DNA from: Camelus dromedarius
Taxonomy: Eukaryota
Length of the DNA stretch: 64,000 nt
Direction of reading: 5' to 3'
Assembly: GCF_036321535.1 (NCBI RefSeq)
Contig: NC_087472.1
Coordinates: forward strand, 97,900,001 to 97,964,000
Positions within the stretch are counted from its first letter, which is position 1. The number at the start of each line of letters is the position of its first letter. The position numbers were made by a program, and so were the translations under genes. The notes beneath the pieces are model-generated. The model made no database searches. It was not told the DNA's origin and saw only the letters and a list, made by a program, of their open reading frames with translations. Shown in pieces: positions 38,182 through 50,770 of this stretch.

Positions 38182-38405
38182 CAGTGGTTCTCAACCATGG
38201 GGGCGGTGATTTTGCCCCCAGGGGACATTTGGCCACATCTGGACACAGTTTTGGGTTGTCATAACCAGGAGAGGGGTGCTACTAGTAACTGGTAGGTCAA
38301 GGCCAGGGATGGTGCAAAACATCCTCCAATGTATGGGAGAGCACCCCCACCCCCAACAGAGAATGGGCTGGCCTTGGAAGTTAGCAGTGCCAAGGTGGAG
38401 AAACT
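38182..38405. mobile_element. MER20-like hAT MITE
   Basis: cagtggttctcaacc..gattttgcccccaggggacatttggc..gtgccaaggtggagaaac. Confidence 0.85.
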
Positions 38406-39184
38406 CAAGCTTAACTCCTCGGGCAGGTCTAGTGATCTGACAGGTTTCAGAACTACTAACTGTAGATAGTCCAAGAAGATGGTAAGACTGGAAAAGATTA
38501 TAAGTGGGTCATTACAACTTATTGGTAAGAATAGTTACTAATTGCTGAATCTAGCCTGTATTTCAATTATCCAAAGTCTCCAGAGAGAGAGAGAGGGTTG
38601 ACCATAACAATAACAACAAAAAAATTATACAAATTTTGCCCCTCCTTTTACTTACATTAGTGTGTGAAAGTGACGGTGATATATACACATATATAATACA
38701 CATATATTCTTATTCTTTAGTTTATATATAAGAAAAAGTGGCATTATTGAAAACAAGATGTGTACACGTGGCTTGTGGTATATTCGGGGGAAGTAATATT
38801 AATAATGGAGGCAAGGAATGCTTGGATTTCACTTAATGCCTTGCCCAGTTTTCTTTGTAAAAATCTGGAGTTTTATGGTGAATCCTGAGATTCAAATATT
38901 GACTCAGTAGGCCAAAATAGAGAGCTTCTACTTTGCCTATTTGATACAAAGGTTTCTGCTAATGAAAGTGAAAGGAATTTTATCAGTTATCTTTTTTCTA
39001 ATCTTTTCCTATGGTTTCTGGAAATAGCAGTTCCGAGGGAAGAGAAACTAGCCCCACAGGCTTAGAGATAGGTCAGAGATCCATCTTTTTTCAAACCCCT
39101 ATAACTCATGACTTCTTACCTGCATGTCCATTCCGGAGACAATTTATGTAAAAAGAAGACAGTACTGGGGGCCTTATTTCTACA

Positions 39185-39660
39185 TTCATCCATCCAGTCA
39201 TACGTTCAGTACTGCTATGAGAATCTGCTATGTCGGGCAGTGTCCTAGGTGCTGATGGTACAACGGTGAACAAAAAACAAGACACTGCCCTCACAGAATT
39301 TCCCTTTTGCCGGGGCAGATGCACACACAAAAACTAAACAGCTAGTCTGTATATAAATAGTTAGGGGGCAGGTGGAGATGAGTGGTATCGGGAGAATTGA
39401 AGCAGGGAAAGGAGAAGAGGGAGCTTCAGGGTGGAAGTAAGAGTCCACCTTACAGTGGCTGGTCAGGGAAGGCCTCTGTGAAGAGGAGATGCTTGGGCAG
39501 AGAGCTGAAAGAAGCAAGGGAATAGCCAGGTGGTCATCTGGATGAAGAGCACATGTGGCAGAGGGAACAGCAAGTGCAAAGACCCTGGGGTGTATGAGAA
39601 GCAGAGAATGAGTGAGAATAAGAATTAGAGAATATCTAATGGATCTGACTGGCCTCAAAA
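39185..39660 (-). mobile_element. L2 fragment
   Basis: cattcatcc..ctatgtcgggcagtgtcctaggtgct..gagggaacagcaagtgcaaagaccctg. Confidence 0.7.
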
Positions 39661-40127
39661 CTTTGACCTTTGTTTTAGGGGCTTCTGGGGAGTTTGTAAA
39701 GCTATCTTGGGCACTGTGACTCTATGTACTCCTCTTCTCCCCACTTGAAAACAAGAAAATGAAGTAACAATCAACTAAGGTCAGAGAGAGATAGGTGATT
39801 ATGCAGTTTATTGGCACAAAACAGAGGAACTTGTGCTCTTCATCGCTTTCCGGGGGAAAATCGAACATGGTCTGTGCTTAGGGAAATACTGTGCTTCTTG
39901 GACAGCAGAGCAGCAAGACAGCGCAGCAGCTGCAAATGACTAAGAGTTTTGGAAAGAGAAAAAAGGTGAGCTGAGTGAGTCTAAAGTTTAGTCCTGCAAA
40001 ATACAAGTGGATAGACAGATACACTAACCCAGGACACACAGCTAGCTGCACAGACGGGACTGTCACCACCCCCAGAAAAATCATTCATCCTTGGGCGGGA
40101 GCCAAAAACCAGTGAGCAGTCCTGTGT

Positions 40128-40243
40128 AAATAAAATAAAATAAAATAAAATAAAATAAAATAAAATAAAATAAAATAAAATAAAATAAAATAAAATAAAA
40201 AATAAAATAAAATAAAATAAAATAAAATAAAATAAAATAAAAT
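40128..40243 (+). repeat. (TAAAA)n pentanucleotide microsatellite, about 23 units
   Basis: Near-perfect array with one interruption. Confidence 0.95.
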
Positions 40244-40414
40244 ATATTGATACCTGTTCAAGGTTGATCAATGAGCAGGCACCTTGAGTGCCCTTGGCTA
40301 GCTGGGTAAAAGCAATCCTCAAGGAAAGGGCTCTCTTGAAGAGGACTCCTAAGAGGGGACCCAAGAGATGTCAGGAGAGCAGAAGGTGGCCAGTGCCAGC
40401 CCTTTCACAACTCG

Positions 40415-40818
40415 ATGGACCTACAGATGATCATACTAAGTGAAGTAAGTCAGACAGAGAAAGGCAAATATCATATGATATCACTTCTATGTGGAATCTA
40501 AAAAAATGATACAAATGAACTTATTTGCAAAACAGAAATAGACTCACAGACACTGAAAAACAAACTGATGGTTACCAAAGGGTTTTGAAAAGGGAGGGAT
40601 AAATTAGGAATTTGGGATTAATAGATACATACTACTATATATAAAATAGATAACCAACAAGGACATACTGTATAGCACAGGGAAGTAGATTCAATATCTT
40701 GTAATAACCTATAATGGAAAGGAATCTGCAAAAGAATATCTATATAACTGAATCACTTTGCTGTGCACCTGAGACTAACACAACATTGTAAATCAGCTAA
40801 ACTACAATTTAAAAAAAC
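40415..40818 (+). mobile_element. L1 3' fragment
   Basis: atggacctacagatgatcatactaagtgaagtaagtcagacagaga..caacattgtaaatca. Confidence 0.88.
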
Positions 40819-43129
40819 AGACTGAACAAAGGGAACAAAGTGGATGAAGGGGTGGAACCCACCAAAGGGGCAGAATTGGAGGATAGAAAAAATCCGAAGT
40901 CAGGGCAGAAGCTGGGATTACTGAGGGTCAGTCTGGGTTGAAAGAATGAGGAGACCCTTGAGGGTGGAGGAGAGATGTAAGGGCCAGAAAGAAGGAAACT
41001 GGAACCTAAGAAAGACTGAGGAAATGTGGAAAGTGGGAGACTGGCCCATAAGAGGATTTATCTGTGTGTGTCCGTGTGTGTGTATATCTGTTGTGTCTGT
41101 CTGTCTGTGTGTGTATGTGTGTGTTTTCAGCAAGTTTCTCACGGTGGAGGCAGGGAAGTCTCTCGAGATGGAGCATGACCATACTCTGAGGGAAAAGAGA
41201 CTGGATGAAAAGGAGAACTAACCACTGGACACAGAGAGAAAAGGAGCAAAGCCTGGAGCCAGAAGGAACGGAAGCACCTTCAGGGTAACTAACATCCGGA
41301 ACACAGGCAAAGTGACAGCAGCAGCGATCGTGATGGAACTAGAAGAGTGCGGCCAACGCCCATCCGCCACTCATTTCACATGCATCCAGTATACACTGAG
41401 GTCCACTATGTGCCAGGCACTGGGTTAGCTACAGAAGGTATAAAGAGAAAATTCCCTGGCCCTGCCCTGGGTTAGGCTATCTATCTGGTCAAGTTCATGA
41501 AGAGTAAAACAGTCCATGATTGCCTCTCTGGGAGGAAATGCTCTGAGTCTCTGGCTTCATGTTGCTTAGAGGATGAAATAGCATAATCTGGAAAGAAAAG
41601 CTGCTCGCAGCACGCTCCCTACCATCTTCAGTTGGCTTGAAAACAGTGACAGGGATAAAAGACTTAAATAAGGTTCTAGAAAACCCCTAACCACCCCTCC
41701 CCTTGAAGAACGAAGCTCTGATTTACAGCACTGATTTTCAGGGAGACCCTCTTACTGTCAAGTCAGCTGAATTTCTGTGAATTTTAGATGCCCAAGGGTT
41801 GGGTTGCTGTTTTGAATTAGTTCCTCTTGCCAAGGGATATAAGAAAAGGCTCCCGAAGGAAGCCTGCAAAAACAGCTCATTACTGTGCAATCCATTCCCC
41901 CGCCACCTTGCAGAAGATTCAGGCGGAAAAGCTTTGTTGCCACCGTCTGATAACAGAGGTGGTGGCCTGAATACTAACCAGAAAGCTGCAGAGAAGGAAA
42001 TGTTTTCCAAGAAAATGTGTCTCTTCTGTAGGTAGGAAAACAACAAGACAGAAAAAAAAAAAAAAAACCCACAAAAACCCCACAGGTCTCCGCTCACAAA
42101 TCTCAAGCGGGTAAAGCTGCAAGCGTCTTGAGAAGGGCCGGAAGGTTAGGTCTGGAGGTCTGGCTTGTAAAGCCATTTTCAATGCCTCCCTTTGGCTGCT
42201 CACATACAGTGGGGTTGGTTTGCTCAAATGAATGCAAACAAAGGAATAAATTTGTTTGGAAGGGCAAGCTTCATTATACGCTAATTAATGTAAATCTCAC
42301 CCACAGAGAGGAACCAAAATAAATAGCTATAGTAATTAAAGTTTAGGGGTTTTGCTTTGTTTTGTTTGGAGGGGGGGTTAGTTCAGGGATTGCCTGCAAA
42401 GGATTCAGATTTGATGGAGTTTTGGGGATGGATTTTTGTATAATAATTTTTCAGAAGAACAAACTACCTAAATCACTCGCATAGTTGTCCCTAATCCAGG
42501 TCAGTAGAATCCTTCCTCTCAGAAAGGAATACACTATGTTCCCACAAGAGGTTTTGGAAAACAGAAACCAATGTTAAGTATCAGAGCTCCAAAAATGTTA
42601 GAGAAAAAAGCCTAAAACAATGCGGGGGAAGAAAATTAAATCATTAAAGCACTGTCACATTGAAATAACCAGACCAGCAGAGCCAAAAGATCAAAGCTGA
42701 GTCTATTAGTTACCAGGCAAGGGGAAATGGTGTCATACCGAAGCGGGTTTGGTGAACCACCCCAAGAAGAAGAGCTGAATAAGGTCAAAAGAGGAATTTT
42801 TGTCAAATAAGGCAGGATTCTGCAAAGAATTATTTGATTGGCTAAGAAGTGAATTATACAGTCTCTTCGGGGATTGATCATTGCTTGATTTAGGTCACAA
42901 AAGCACAGGCAAAGTTCTCAAAGTGGTCTAAGTTCTGTTGCATTGAGAGTCTGTTATGTTCAGGATCAGGGAACAGCTACCTGAATAACAGAATCCCGAG
43001 CCATGGCTAGCAAGACCAAGATATACTTTTCAATTAATGATCTAACATGGGCTATCGGGAAGGCAAGTGTAATGAACGCGCACATTTCTTTAACTTTCAT
43101 GGCAATTAATGTTGTACTCGTTTTCACCT

Positions 43130-43850
43130 GTGACATATCCACACTGCCTGGTGAGGGAACCAAACAGGCAAAGATCTCAGAAGGGGAGGAAACAAGTGCA
43201 AAGGCCCAGGAGCTAAAATAAGCCTGGTGTTTTTGATAAACAGCAAGGCCAGTGCAGCCAGATCAAAGTGAAGGAGGAGGAGAGTGATAAGAAATAAATT
43301 CAGCAAGGTCCAGATTGGCCCAGGATGCGGTAGGACATGGACTTTTACTCCAACTGGGACGAAAATCCATTGAAGAATTATGAGCAGGGAAGGGTCATAA
43401 TCTGGTTTACAACTTTTCAAAAGTGACTGTCTGATATGTGAAGAAAATTCTCCAGGCAAGTAAAAGGAGAAGCGGAGAAACCAGTTCGGGGGCTTCTTGT
43501 GATCGTCCAGAATTTGATGGTGGCTTAGACTAGGCGGAGAATAATGGGGAGTAATGGAGAGAGGTTAGATTTGTGATCTACTTTGGAAGTAGAGCCAGCA
43601 AGAGTGGATGAAGAACGTAGACTGGGAGTAAAATTGGAAATTAACATGATTTCTGGATTTTCAGCATCTTTTAAGATTTATAAGAAGGGCAAACACTGGA
43701 GAAGTAAAGGCTTTATGGGCTCATTGGAAGTTCATATTTGGACGTGGTAAGTTGGAGATGCCGGTAAGACATCCAAGTAAATATGCATATAAGCAGCTGG
43801 ATATATTCATTTGAAATTCAAGTAAAAGGCAGAGATAAAAACTGGATCAT
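43130..43850 (-). mobile_element. L2 fragment
   Basis: aagtgcaaaggcccagga..ggtggcttagactagg..gagatgccggtaagacatccaagt. Confidence 0.7.
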
Positions 43851-43854
43851 TAGG

Positions 43855-44170
43855 AGACAAATGAACTTATTTACAAAATAGAAACAGATTCACAGACATA
43901 GAAAACAAACTTGCGGTTACCAAAGGGGAAGAGGCGGAGGGGGATAAATTAGGAGTTTGGGATTAGCAGGTGCAAGCTACTATATACAAAATAGATAAAC
44001 AGTAAGATCCTACGGTATAGCACAGGGAACTATATTCAGTATCTTGTAATAACCTGTAATGAAAAGAATATGTATATATGTGTATGACTGAATCACATGC
44101 TGTACACCAGAAACTGACACATTGTAAATCAACTATATCTCAATTAAAAAAAGAAAAGAAAAGAAAAAAT
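43855..44170 (+). mobile_element. L1 3'UTR fragment
   Basis: acaaatgaacttatttacaaaatagaaacagattcacagacatagaaaac.., then an A tail. Confidence 0.88.
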
Positions 44171-45302
44171 AAATACAACTATACATATATCTTAAAAAAA
44201 TAAATTGGAATAATTAGTATATAGGGGTCTTATAAGTCATGGGACTGGTTGAAGCCCTTTAGAGAGTAAATACTGATGGAGAAGGCAAAGGGAAGAAGGG
44301 AGGGGAGAGGAGGAGAGAAAAGGGGGCAAAAGGAGAGGACAGGACACAGCAGGGGATGGAGCCATGACCAAACGTAGAGATCATGTTGTGGTTGTTTGCT
44401 TCGATGGAAAATATTACAGCATGTTCACATGTTAATGGTAAAGAGGGGAGAATTTATGATGCACAAGAAAAGAGAAATAAGTGAAGGAACAAAGTCCTCA
44501 GGTAGTTGGAAAGGAATGGAGAGGATGCTCAGGGGACAGGTTGACCCCAGAGAGGAGCGTAACGGACTAGTTGTGACAGGAGGGAAGGGAAAGCATAGAA
44601 CTGATAGATGCCTACAAGTAAGTGAGTCGACTTAGTGGTGGATGGACGAGGCTGTCCTTTTCTGAGAATTTCCGTTTTCTCGGTGCATTAAAAAGTGAGA
44701 TCATTAAGAAGAGTGAGAACTGACAGGAGGCATTAGGAGAAGGAGTTTTGGCAGAAAGAGGAAAAGGTAAGAAACAGGTGTCTCAGAGGAGGGGAGAGCT
44801 GACTGAGCAGGGAAATAGGCCATACTGGTCAAGCAAGTCGAAGTTTACAGTCATCAGTTTGAAGGGAGGCCAGCAGCAAGGTTGTGTGGTTTTTTTTCTG
44901 GTAACATTCAGGTCCTCAGAAGGAAAATGGGCAGAGGTCTGGGTTTCACCTGGCTCTGGAAGATCAAGTAACTTAGAGACCAGAGGTTTAAGGGGGAGAT
45001 CTCCTTGGATGTCCGAGCTGCAGAAGAGTCATCACCAGAGTAGTAGTGGAGGGGCGGGCAGGAGCGAGCCATGGGCTAAAATCTCCGTCAAAAGCGAGAT
45101 GGCGACAGGATGTCAGCAGGTGCAACAAAAGGTCAGCAATAGAATGCAAGGCAAGTAATATGGGGACATGTGCTTCAAAGGAGCTTAGCGTTTGAGGAGG
45201 AGGGAGCTGCAGAAAGGACATAATCCCAGCAGGTCCACAAGTAAAATGGTGAGGAGGGGGAGCCATAGGGACAGCAGTGTCTTGAAAGGAGATCAGTTAG
45301 AC

Positions 45303-45515
45303 CAGTGGTTCTCAGCCAGGGGCAATTCTGCCCCCTTAAGGGACATTTGGCAGCATCTGGAGACATTTTTAGCAGTTGAAACCTGTTGGGGAGAGGGAAT
45401 ACTTGTGGCTTTCAGTGGGGAGAGGGCAAGGAGGCTGCTAAACATCCCAAGAGTGCACAGGACAGCCCCCCACCCCCAGCAAACAATGATCCAGCCCAAA
45501 GTGTCAATAGTGCTG
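45303..45515. mobile_element. MER20-like MITE
   Basis: cagtggttctcagccaggggcaattctgccccc..gggacatttggcagcatctggagacatttt. Confidence 0.85.
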
Positions 45516-47787
45516 GGGGCGGGGGTGTGTGTTAGGGTTGGGGGGATGATATTAACAGGAGCTTAATCTAAATTTCAAATCTAATCCCTGAAAGGAAGAC
45601 AGAGTTTGCTTGTACAGTTTCAAGATAGATGTCTATAAATGGGCAAAAAAAATCAGTCATAAAATCCTATATTAAAATGTCACATTTTGAAAATGATGGA
45701 AACTGAATATGTGCAGTGTGATAAAAAAAATTTTGGAAAGTGTTACTGTGCCAGATGAATGTACCTTAAATGTGTCATTTAGATTCTGACAGTTTCAAAT
45801 GCTCCCTTTTTGTTCTCTCCTTTGTGCTAGAACACTGCAAATTCAGGGGAACTAGGGGATCTCTTGGCGTTGAAGACATTCTCTATTTTCGTGGCGTTAT
45901 CCAGTTGAAGAAAAAGCTATAGACTTCTTAGAAATATTTTTTCCCCAAAATAGAGGAATAATTTCACTGAGTTTTTTTTTTAATGAAAATAACATTAATG
46001 AATACCCACTCTGTGCCAAGAACTGTGACTCAAAGGAACAGAATACTTTAATTATAGCATTTCTAGTTATTTCATTAAAACACATTCTCTCAGAGCAAAT
46101 CAAAAGAGTCAAAAGTTAAAGATGAGTAGTCACATTCAAGTGTAATGTTTTAAAGTTTACAAGGATTTTTAAATTTGCCCATGAAGGAAATATCACATTT
46201 TAAAAAGTGCCACTTCAAATTAAAAATATATCTGTGATTTAAACCATTGACTAAGATTTCAATAGCAGGCATATTAAAATTTAGTCAATAGTCAAAACAC
46301 TGTTTACAACCCTGGATTATTTTATTTCGAAATTTTAAACCGTGCATTGTACATCCAGATTATTCACAGATATTTTCCTGATGAGCACATGACCAAATGC
46401 TATCGATATACCTATTTGAGTGACTGAGTTAAAATTCCACACTAGTGATTTTTAAGCTGTCCTTTTAGCTCACTTCTTTGCCACCTTGTCAGGATGTCTC
46501 CTTGGTCTCAAGGGGAGCCGAGTTGCCGCATGTGGATACATCAACACAAATTCAGCAATACTGCTGGGAAAACATCCTAACAGTGGTAATGAGTGTAAGG
46601 AAAACAGATGACATCTCACTTTAAAACAGTGTTTAAATGTCAGTAAGGTGTTTTGCTCTGTGTGAATGATAGAGCATCTGTAAAAAAGAAAAAAAGCTGT
46701 TTCTAAATAACTCTGTTATTGAGGTGGTTCATAAATTTTGGTGTAGGGATCCCCTTGCTAGGACTACCAAGCCAAGTACTATCTGTAAGTGAAGTTGTAG
46801 CCAGTCCACTTCTCCCACCGCACAAGTAAATCTGGATGGAAAGGGATTGAGGTGGGCAAATGAAAAGGAATGAGGTCATTTTCCCTTTACAGAGGGGAAA
46901 AGAAAAGGGTGTGGGAGCGAATGAGAAAATTACTCTATCCATCTAAAACACCTTGTGTAAGGCTTTTTTTTCTTCTCTTTTTATTTTTCTGCCTAGTGGA
47001 AAAGTAAACAAGAGGAAAGAGAGGGGAAGACAGGAGGGAGGAAGAGGATAGAAGGAGAGAGGAGGAGGGGAGAGGGAGGGAAGCAAGAGAAATAGATTTG
47101 GGGAAAGGAGGGGGGAGGGGAGAGGAACGGAGATGCTGCGTCATCATGTCCCCCCTGCCCCACCACCACAGCACTCCTCCTCTGGCTGCTGATGGAGACC
47201 CAGGTTGAGAGGGAAGCTGCAGTCCTGATGTGAATGAAGAAGACAGGAGGACTTTAGATCAAAGCAAAGTCACAGAGCAGTAAAGCCATGAGGAGCTGGG
47301 GGGGGGGGGGTTCAGTACCACAGAAAGCAGATGAGAAAAAGGAGTCAAAGGTTTCCCTTTCAAAAGATGTACGAGTTAAGAGAGAGGAAGGCCAGCCATT
47401 ATCAGAGTTATCAAATGGTGAACAAAGGAAGTGTTTTAACTTAGGTTGGCTAACTTTACAAGCTGCAATTAAGTAGCCATTTTCAATGTTGTGTCTTTTA
47501 TAATGCCAGTTGACTAAAAAGATGCACGTTTGATAATTATAGTGTAGAAAATGCAGGGTTATTCATCTTTGGGAGGGAATGTAGGCAGAAAATACTATCC
47601 AAGCTTCAGGAAAATTGTCCCGGCCACACTGAAACATGAAGGCGGCACTGGCACCCATGCAGCATTCAATAAATGTTTGTTAAAAGGGTCAATAAAAGAA
47701 TTGTTAAAAGATAAACTGAGGCATATTAAAATCTTCAAGAGCTTATCTGAGCAAAAATCAACTGGAATCAGACAACATCCAATCTAG

Positions 47788-48944
47788 TGAAACAGAGCAG
47801 GACCCTGTGGGGCTCTCCCAAGTATAAAAGCCTTTTTGTGTCCCCTGTTTCTTGTTTGTAGGGAAAAGGCTTCAGCCTCCTAGACCCTCCCTGAGTTCCA
47901 AAGGGCAGATTCTAACAGTTGCTAATCAGGGAAGGGAGGGGAGGCTGAAACCAAGGAGGAGCAGTCAAGAAACAATAGCGCAGCCTAGGGGCAGGGTCCT
48001 GGTTCCAACTCAAGGAATATACATACAATATCTTTGAGTCCTTCTGCAGGAGCTAAGGGCCCCAACCCAGGTGGAGGATGGTAACTTCAGGCCAGATGAC
48101 AAGATTCCTGGAACACCACCCCATTACCTCACCACCAACTAATCAGAAGAAAGTCACACACCCTGCAGCCTTCATCCCAAATTTTACCTTTAAAAATCCT
48201 TCCCTGAAAACTGCTGTAAGCAGAAAGGGTAAGGGGTCCCCGGAGAAAGAGAACCAGGCGTGGCTTTCTTGACATAAGAGAAACCATTTTGGCCTGAGTC
48301 ATTTTGTGATCTAAGCCTGGCCACGATGCTGTACTTGAACAGACCTCAGCAATTCCTGATCTTAAGGGAAGTGAGGGAATGCAGGAACAAAGGAAAAGCA
48401 GTCAAGAAACAAGTTCAGCAATAAAACAGAGTCCAAGTTCCTCCTCAAGGGATTTTACGTAACAACCTGACACTTTCAGTTCTGGAGGAACTAAGGCCCC
48501 CACCCAGGTGGAGGATGGAAGGAGGATGTTGACCTTTTCTGACCCTCATGACTCCAATCCACTAAAACTTGGACTTTCTCAACCTTTGCCCAAGTTCTAT
48601 GCTGAACTTTCCTCTGCTCAAGCCCCTTCATGAACATTCACATGCCCTTACCTTCAAATTTCCCGTTTTGCTGCTGCGGAGACACTGCTTTGGGAACGAT
48701 CCCCAGTGTTCTCCTTACTTGCTGCCAGTAACGACTCCTCCCTTCTTCTGATCTTTGGCCTGGTTGTGTCTTTTGGCTTGACAGCCACCAAGGGGCAAAC
48801 CCAGTTTTTCAGGTAACACAATCAGGGAGTTCGTGGGTTTTGAGCACAAGCAGCCCAACCTCCTTGCTCAGCCCTGCTCCAAAGGCCAACACTTCGGTTT
48901 CTTTGGACTCACTGTGCGTCGGGCACAAACTTGCACTTGGCAAC
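47788..48944 (+). mobile_element. Middle ERV solo LTR, interrupted by the inner LTR
   Basis: Starts tgaaacagagcaggaccctg and resumes at about 48819 (caatcagggagttcg..ttgagc). Confidence 0.65.
48215..48818 (+). mobile_element. Inner ERV solo LTR, related to the middle LTR
   Basis: tgtaagc...ggtaaca. Shares gcagtcaagaaacaa and ctaagg..cccaggtggaggatgg blocks with the middle LTR. Confidence 0.7.
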
Positions 48945-50084
48945 TTCATTTCTGGGAGAACCAAAGCTGTAATTAAGTCTCAGTTTGGGGACATGGGGCT
49001 TAGCATAAAGCCACTCCATTTTGGGCTGGTTGTCTTGTTTTTAACAGAATGAATGGATGCATGTATAAATGAAGAAATGAAGGCAAGCAAGCTGATCACA
49101 GAATCCTTCAAATTTCAGGAAACGTATGTTAAGATTGAAAAAGCAAACTCTGGAAGAGAAAAAACCAGCGTTACAAACTAACAGAAAATGCCTCCTTCCG
49201 CGGTTGAGAGCATCGCTCAGCTTTTAATGACAGAGTATATGCATATTTATATGGAATTAAATTCATGGACTTGACAGCTTAATTTACAGTGTTTTCTCCT
49301 CACCACTATGTTTCTTCAGAAATCTGCTAAACAAGAACTAAATGCCCAAATGTATGCACTGTGGCGTTTCCGATGTTGAACAACAATAAGGAACCTCTGT
49401 GGTGTACTGTGACAGGCATTTCCTCCCAGGAAAGCTTTCCAGGATCTAACACTTGGATCCCACTTGTGATGCTTGAGACAGAACGATTTGCCCCCCATTA
49501 AACATGCTTTTCAGTTAATCCTCTCAAAAGTGCATTCATAAGCCAACCGAAGAGCTCTGTGCATTAAGAGATTTGGTCAATGACCATCAGCTCACCAAGT
49601 AGTGGAGTTCTTTTACCTGCAAATTTCCCCTGATAGGCCTTGCTTTAAATATGCAGGCGCGGGGAGATGGGCTGGGGAATCAAGCCAAGAAGAGAGTGTG
49701 AATTATCAGCACATCACAGCCTTGGAAATTGGCAAGCCCGCTTCATAAGTAGAAATATCCCTTAGCAGAGGCCATCTGTCTCATATTCCATGTTGAGTCT
49801 TTTACCTGTTCTTTTTAAGTAACAAAATATGGCACAGCAGGAACTTACCACCCAAAGGACATGTCTTGAAGAGTGAATTAATGGCTCCATCTAAAAGGAC
49901 TCCAAGTGTTGGCTATGAGTCTGGGGAAGGAGCAAGGCTGGCCTTACCCTACCCTTCCAACCTGACTTAGCACTTCCCTCCCCACATGTGCACCCGCCAA
50001 GAATAACCAGGCTCAGCTTGGTCTCCTCTGGCGTTATTTTGGTGACCTTTACTTAGTTTTGGTGAAATAGTCAAATAGTCAGAT

Positions 50085-50290
50085 AGGTGACTTCTGGATT
50101 CAAACCCAACACCTTCACTTTCCAGCAATGTAATCCTGGAAGAAGTAACTGGAACCTCTCCATGACTCAGTTTCTTCATCTGCAAAATGGGCTAAGAGCA
50201 GTACAACTTGTGTGGGGTTAATGCATATAAAATGTTTGGCACAGTGGCATACAATACACACTTACTTGATTTTGCCAATAATTATACCAT
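50085..50290 (+). mobile_element. MIR SINE
   Basis: ggattcaaaccc..ctcagtttcttcatctgcaaaatggg. Confidence 0.7.
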
Positions 50291-50379
50291 CTATCATTAG
50301 AATTATAGCTATCCAATGGAATCATGAAACCTTAAAGGTAGTAGAGGTTTTAAGAGCACTAAAAATAGCAGCTCCTGGT

Positions 50380-50504
50380 GGGGAGGGAATAGTTCAGTGG
50401 TAGAGCGCATGCTTAGCATGCACAAGGTCCTGGGTTCAATTCCCAGTACCTCCATTTAAAAATAAATGAATAAACTTAACTACCTCCAAAACAAACCAAA
50501 AAAA
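50380..50504 (+). mobile_element. Vic-1-type tRNA-derived SINE
   Basis: ggggagggaatagttcagtggtagagcgcatgcttagcatgcacaaggtcctgggttcaattcccagtacctcc. Approximate TSD aaaaatagcagctcc / aaaaatggctcc. Confidence 0.88.
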
Positions 50505-50770
50505 TGGCTCCCCATTTAAACTCCACTGTTACTATTGTTTTATTTTGTCTTTAGTACAGATCCTCTAGGTTCTACCCCTAGAAACTGTGACTGAATTGAT
50601 CTGGGTGGAGTCTGGGCACTGGGATGTTTTTTAATCTCTCCCAGTGATCCCAGTATACAGCCAGAGTGAAAAACTACTGACATACCACAACCACCCTCAT
50701 TTTACAGATGAGGAGCCTGAATCTCGAAAAGCTGACCTGACCTCCTCACGGTGACATGGCTACTTCATAT

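Larger units (their letters stand above)
47702..49046. mobile_element. Outer ERV-type solo LTR (interrupted and internally deleted) with 4-bp TSD GAAT
   Basis: Termini tgttaaaa...ttttaaca flanked by gaat at 47698-47701 and 49047-49050, inserted in an L2 3' tail. Confidence 0.7.

Noticed and set aside
39981..40364. 127-aa ORF with FILFY repeats
   Set aside because: It is the translation of the (TTTTA)n microsatellite.
50380..50455. tRNA-like sequence with A and B boxes
   Set aside because: It has an A-rich tail and approximate TSD, and there are other copies in the window, so it is a SINE rather than a tRNA gene.
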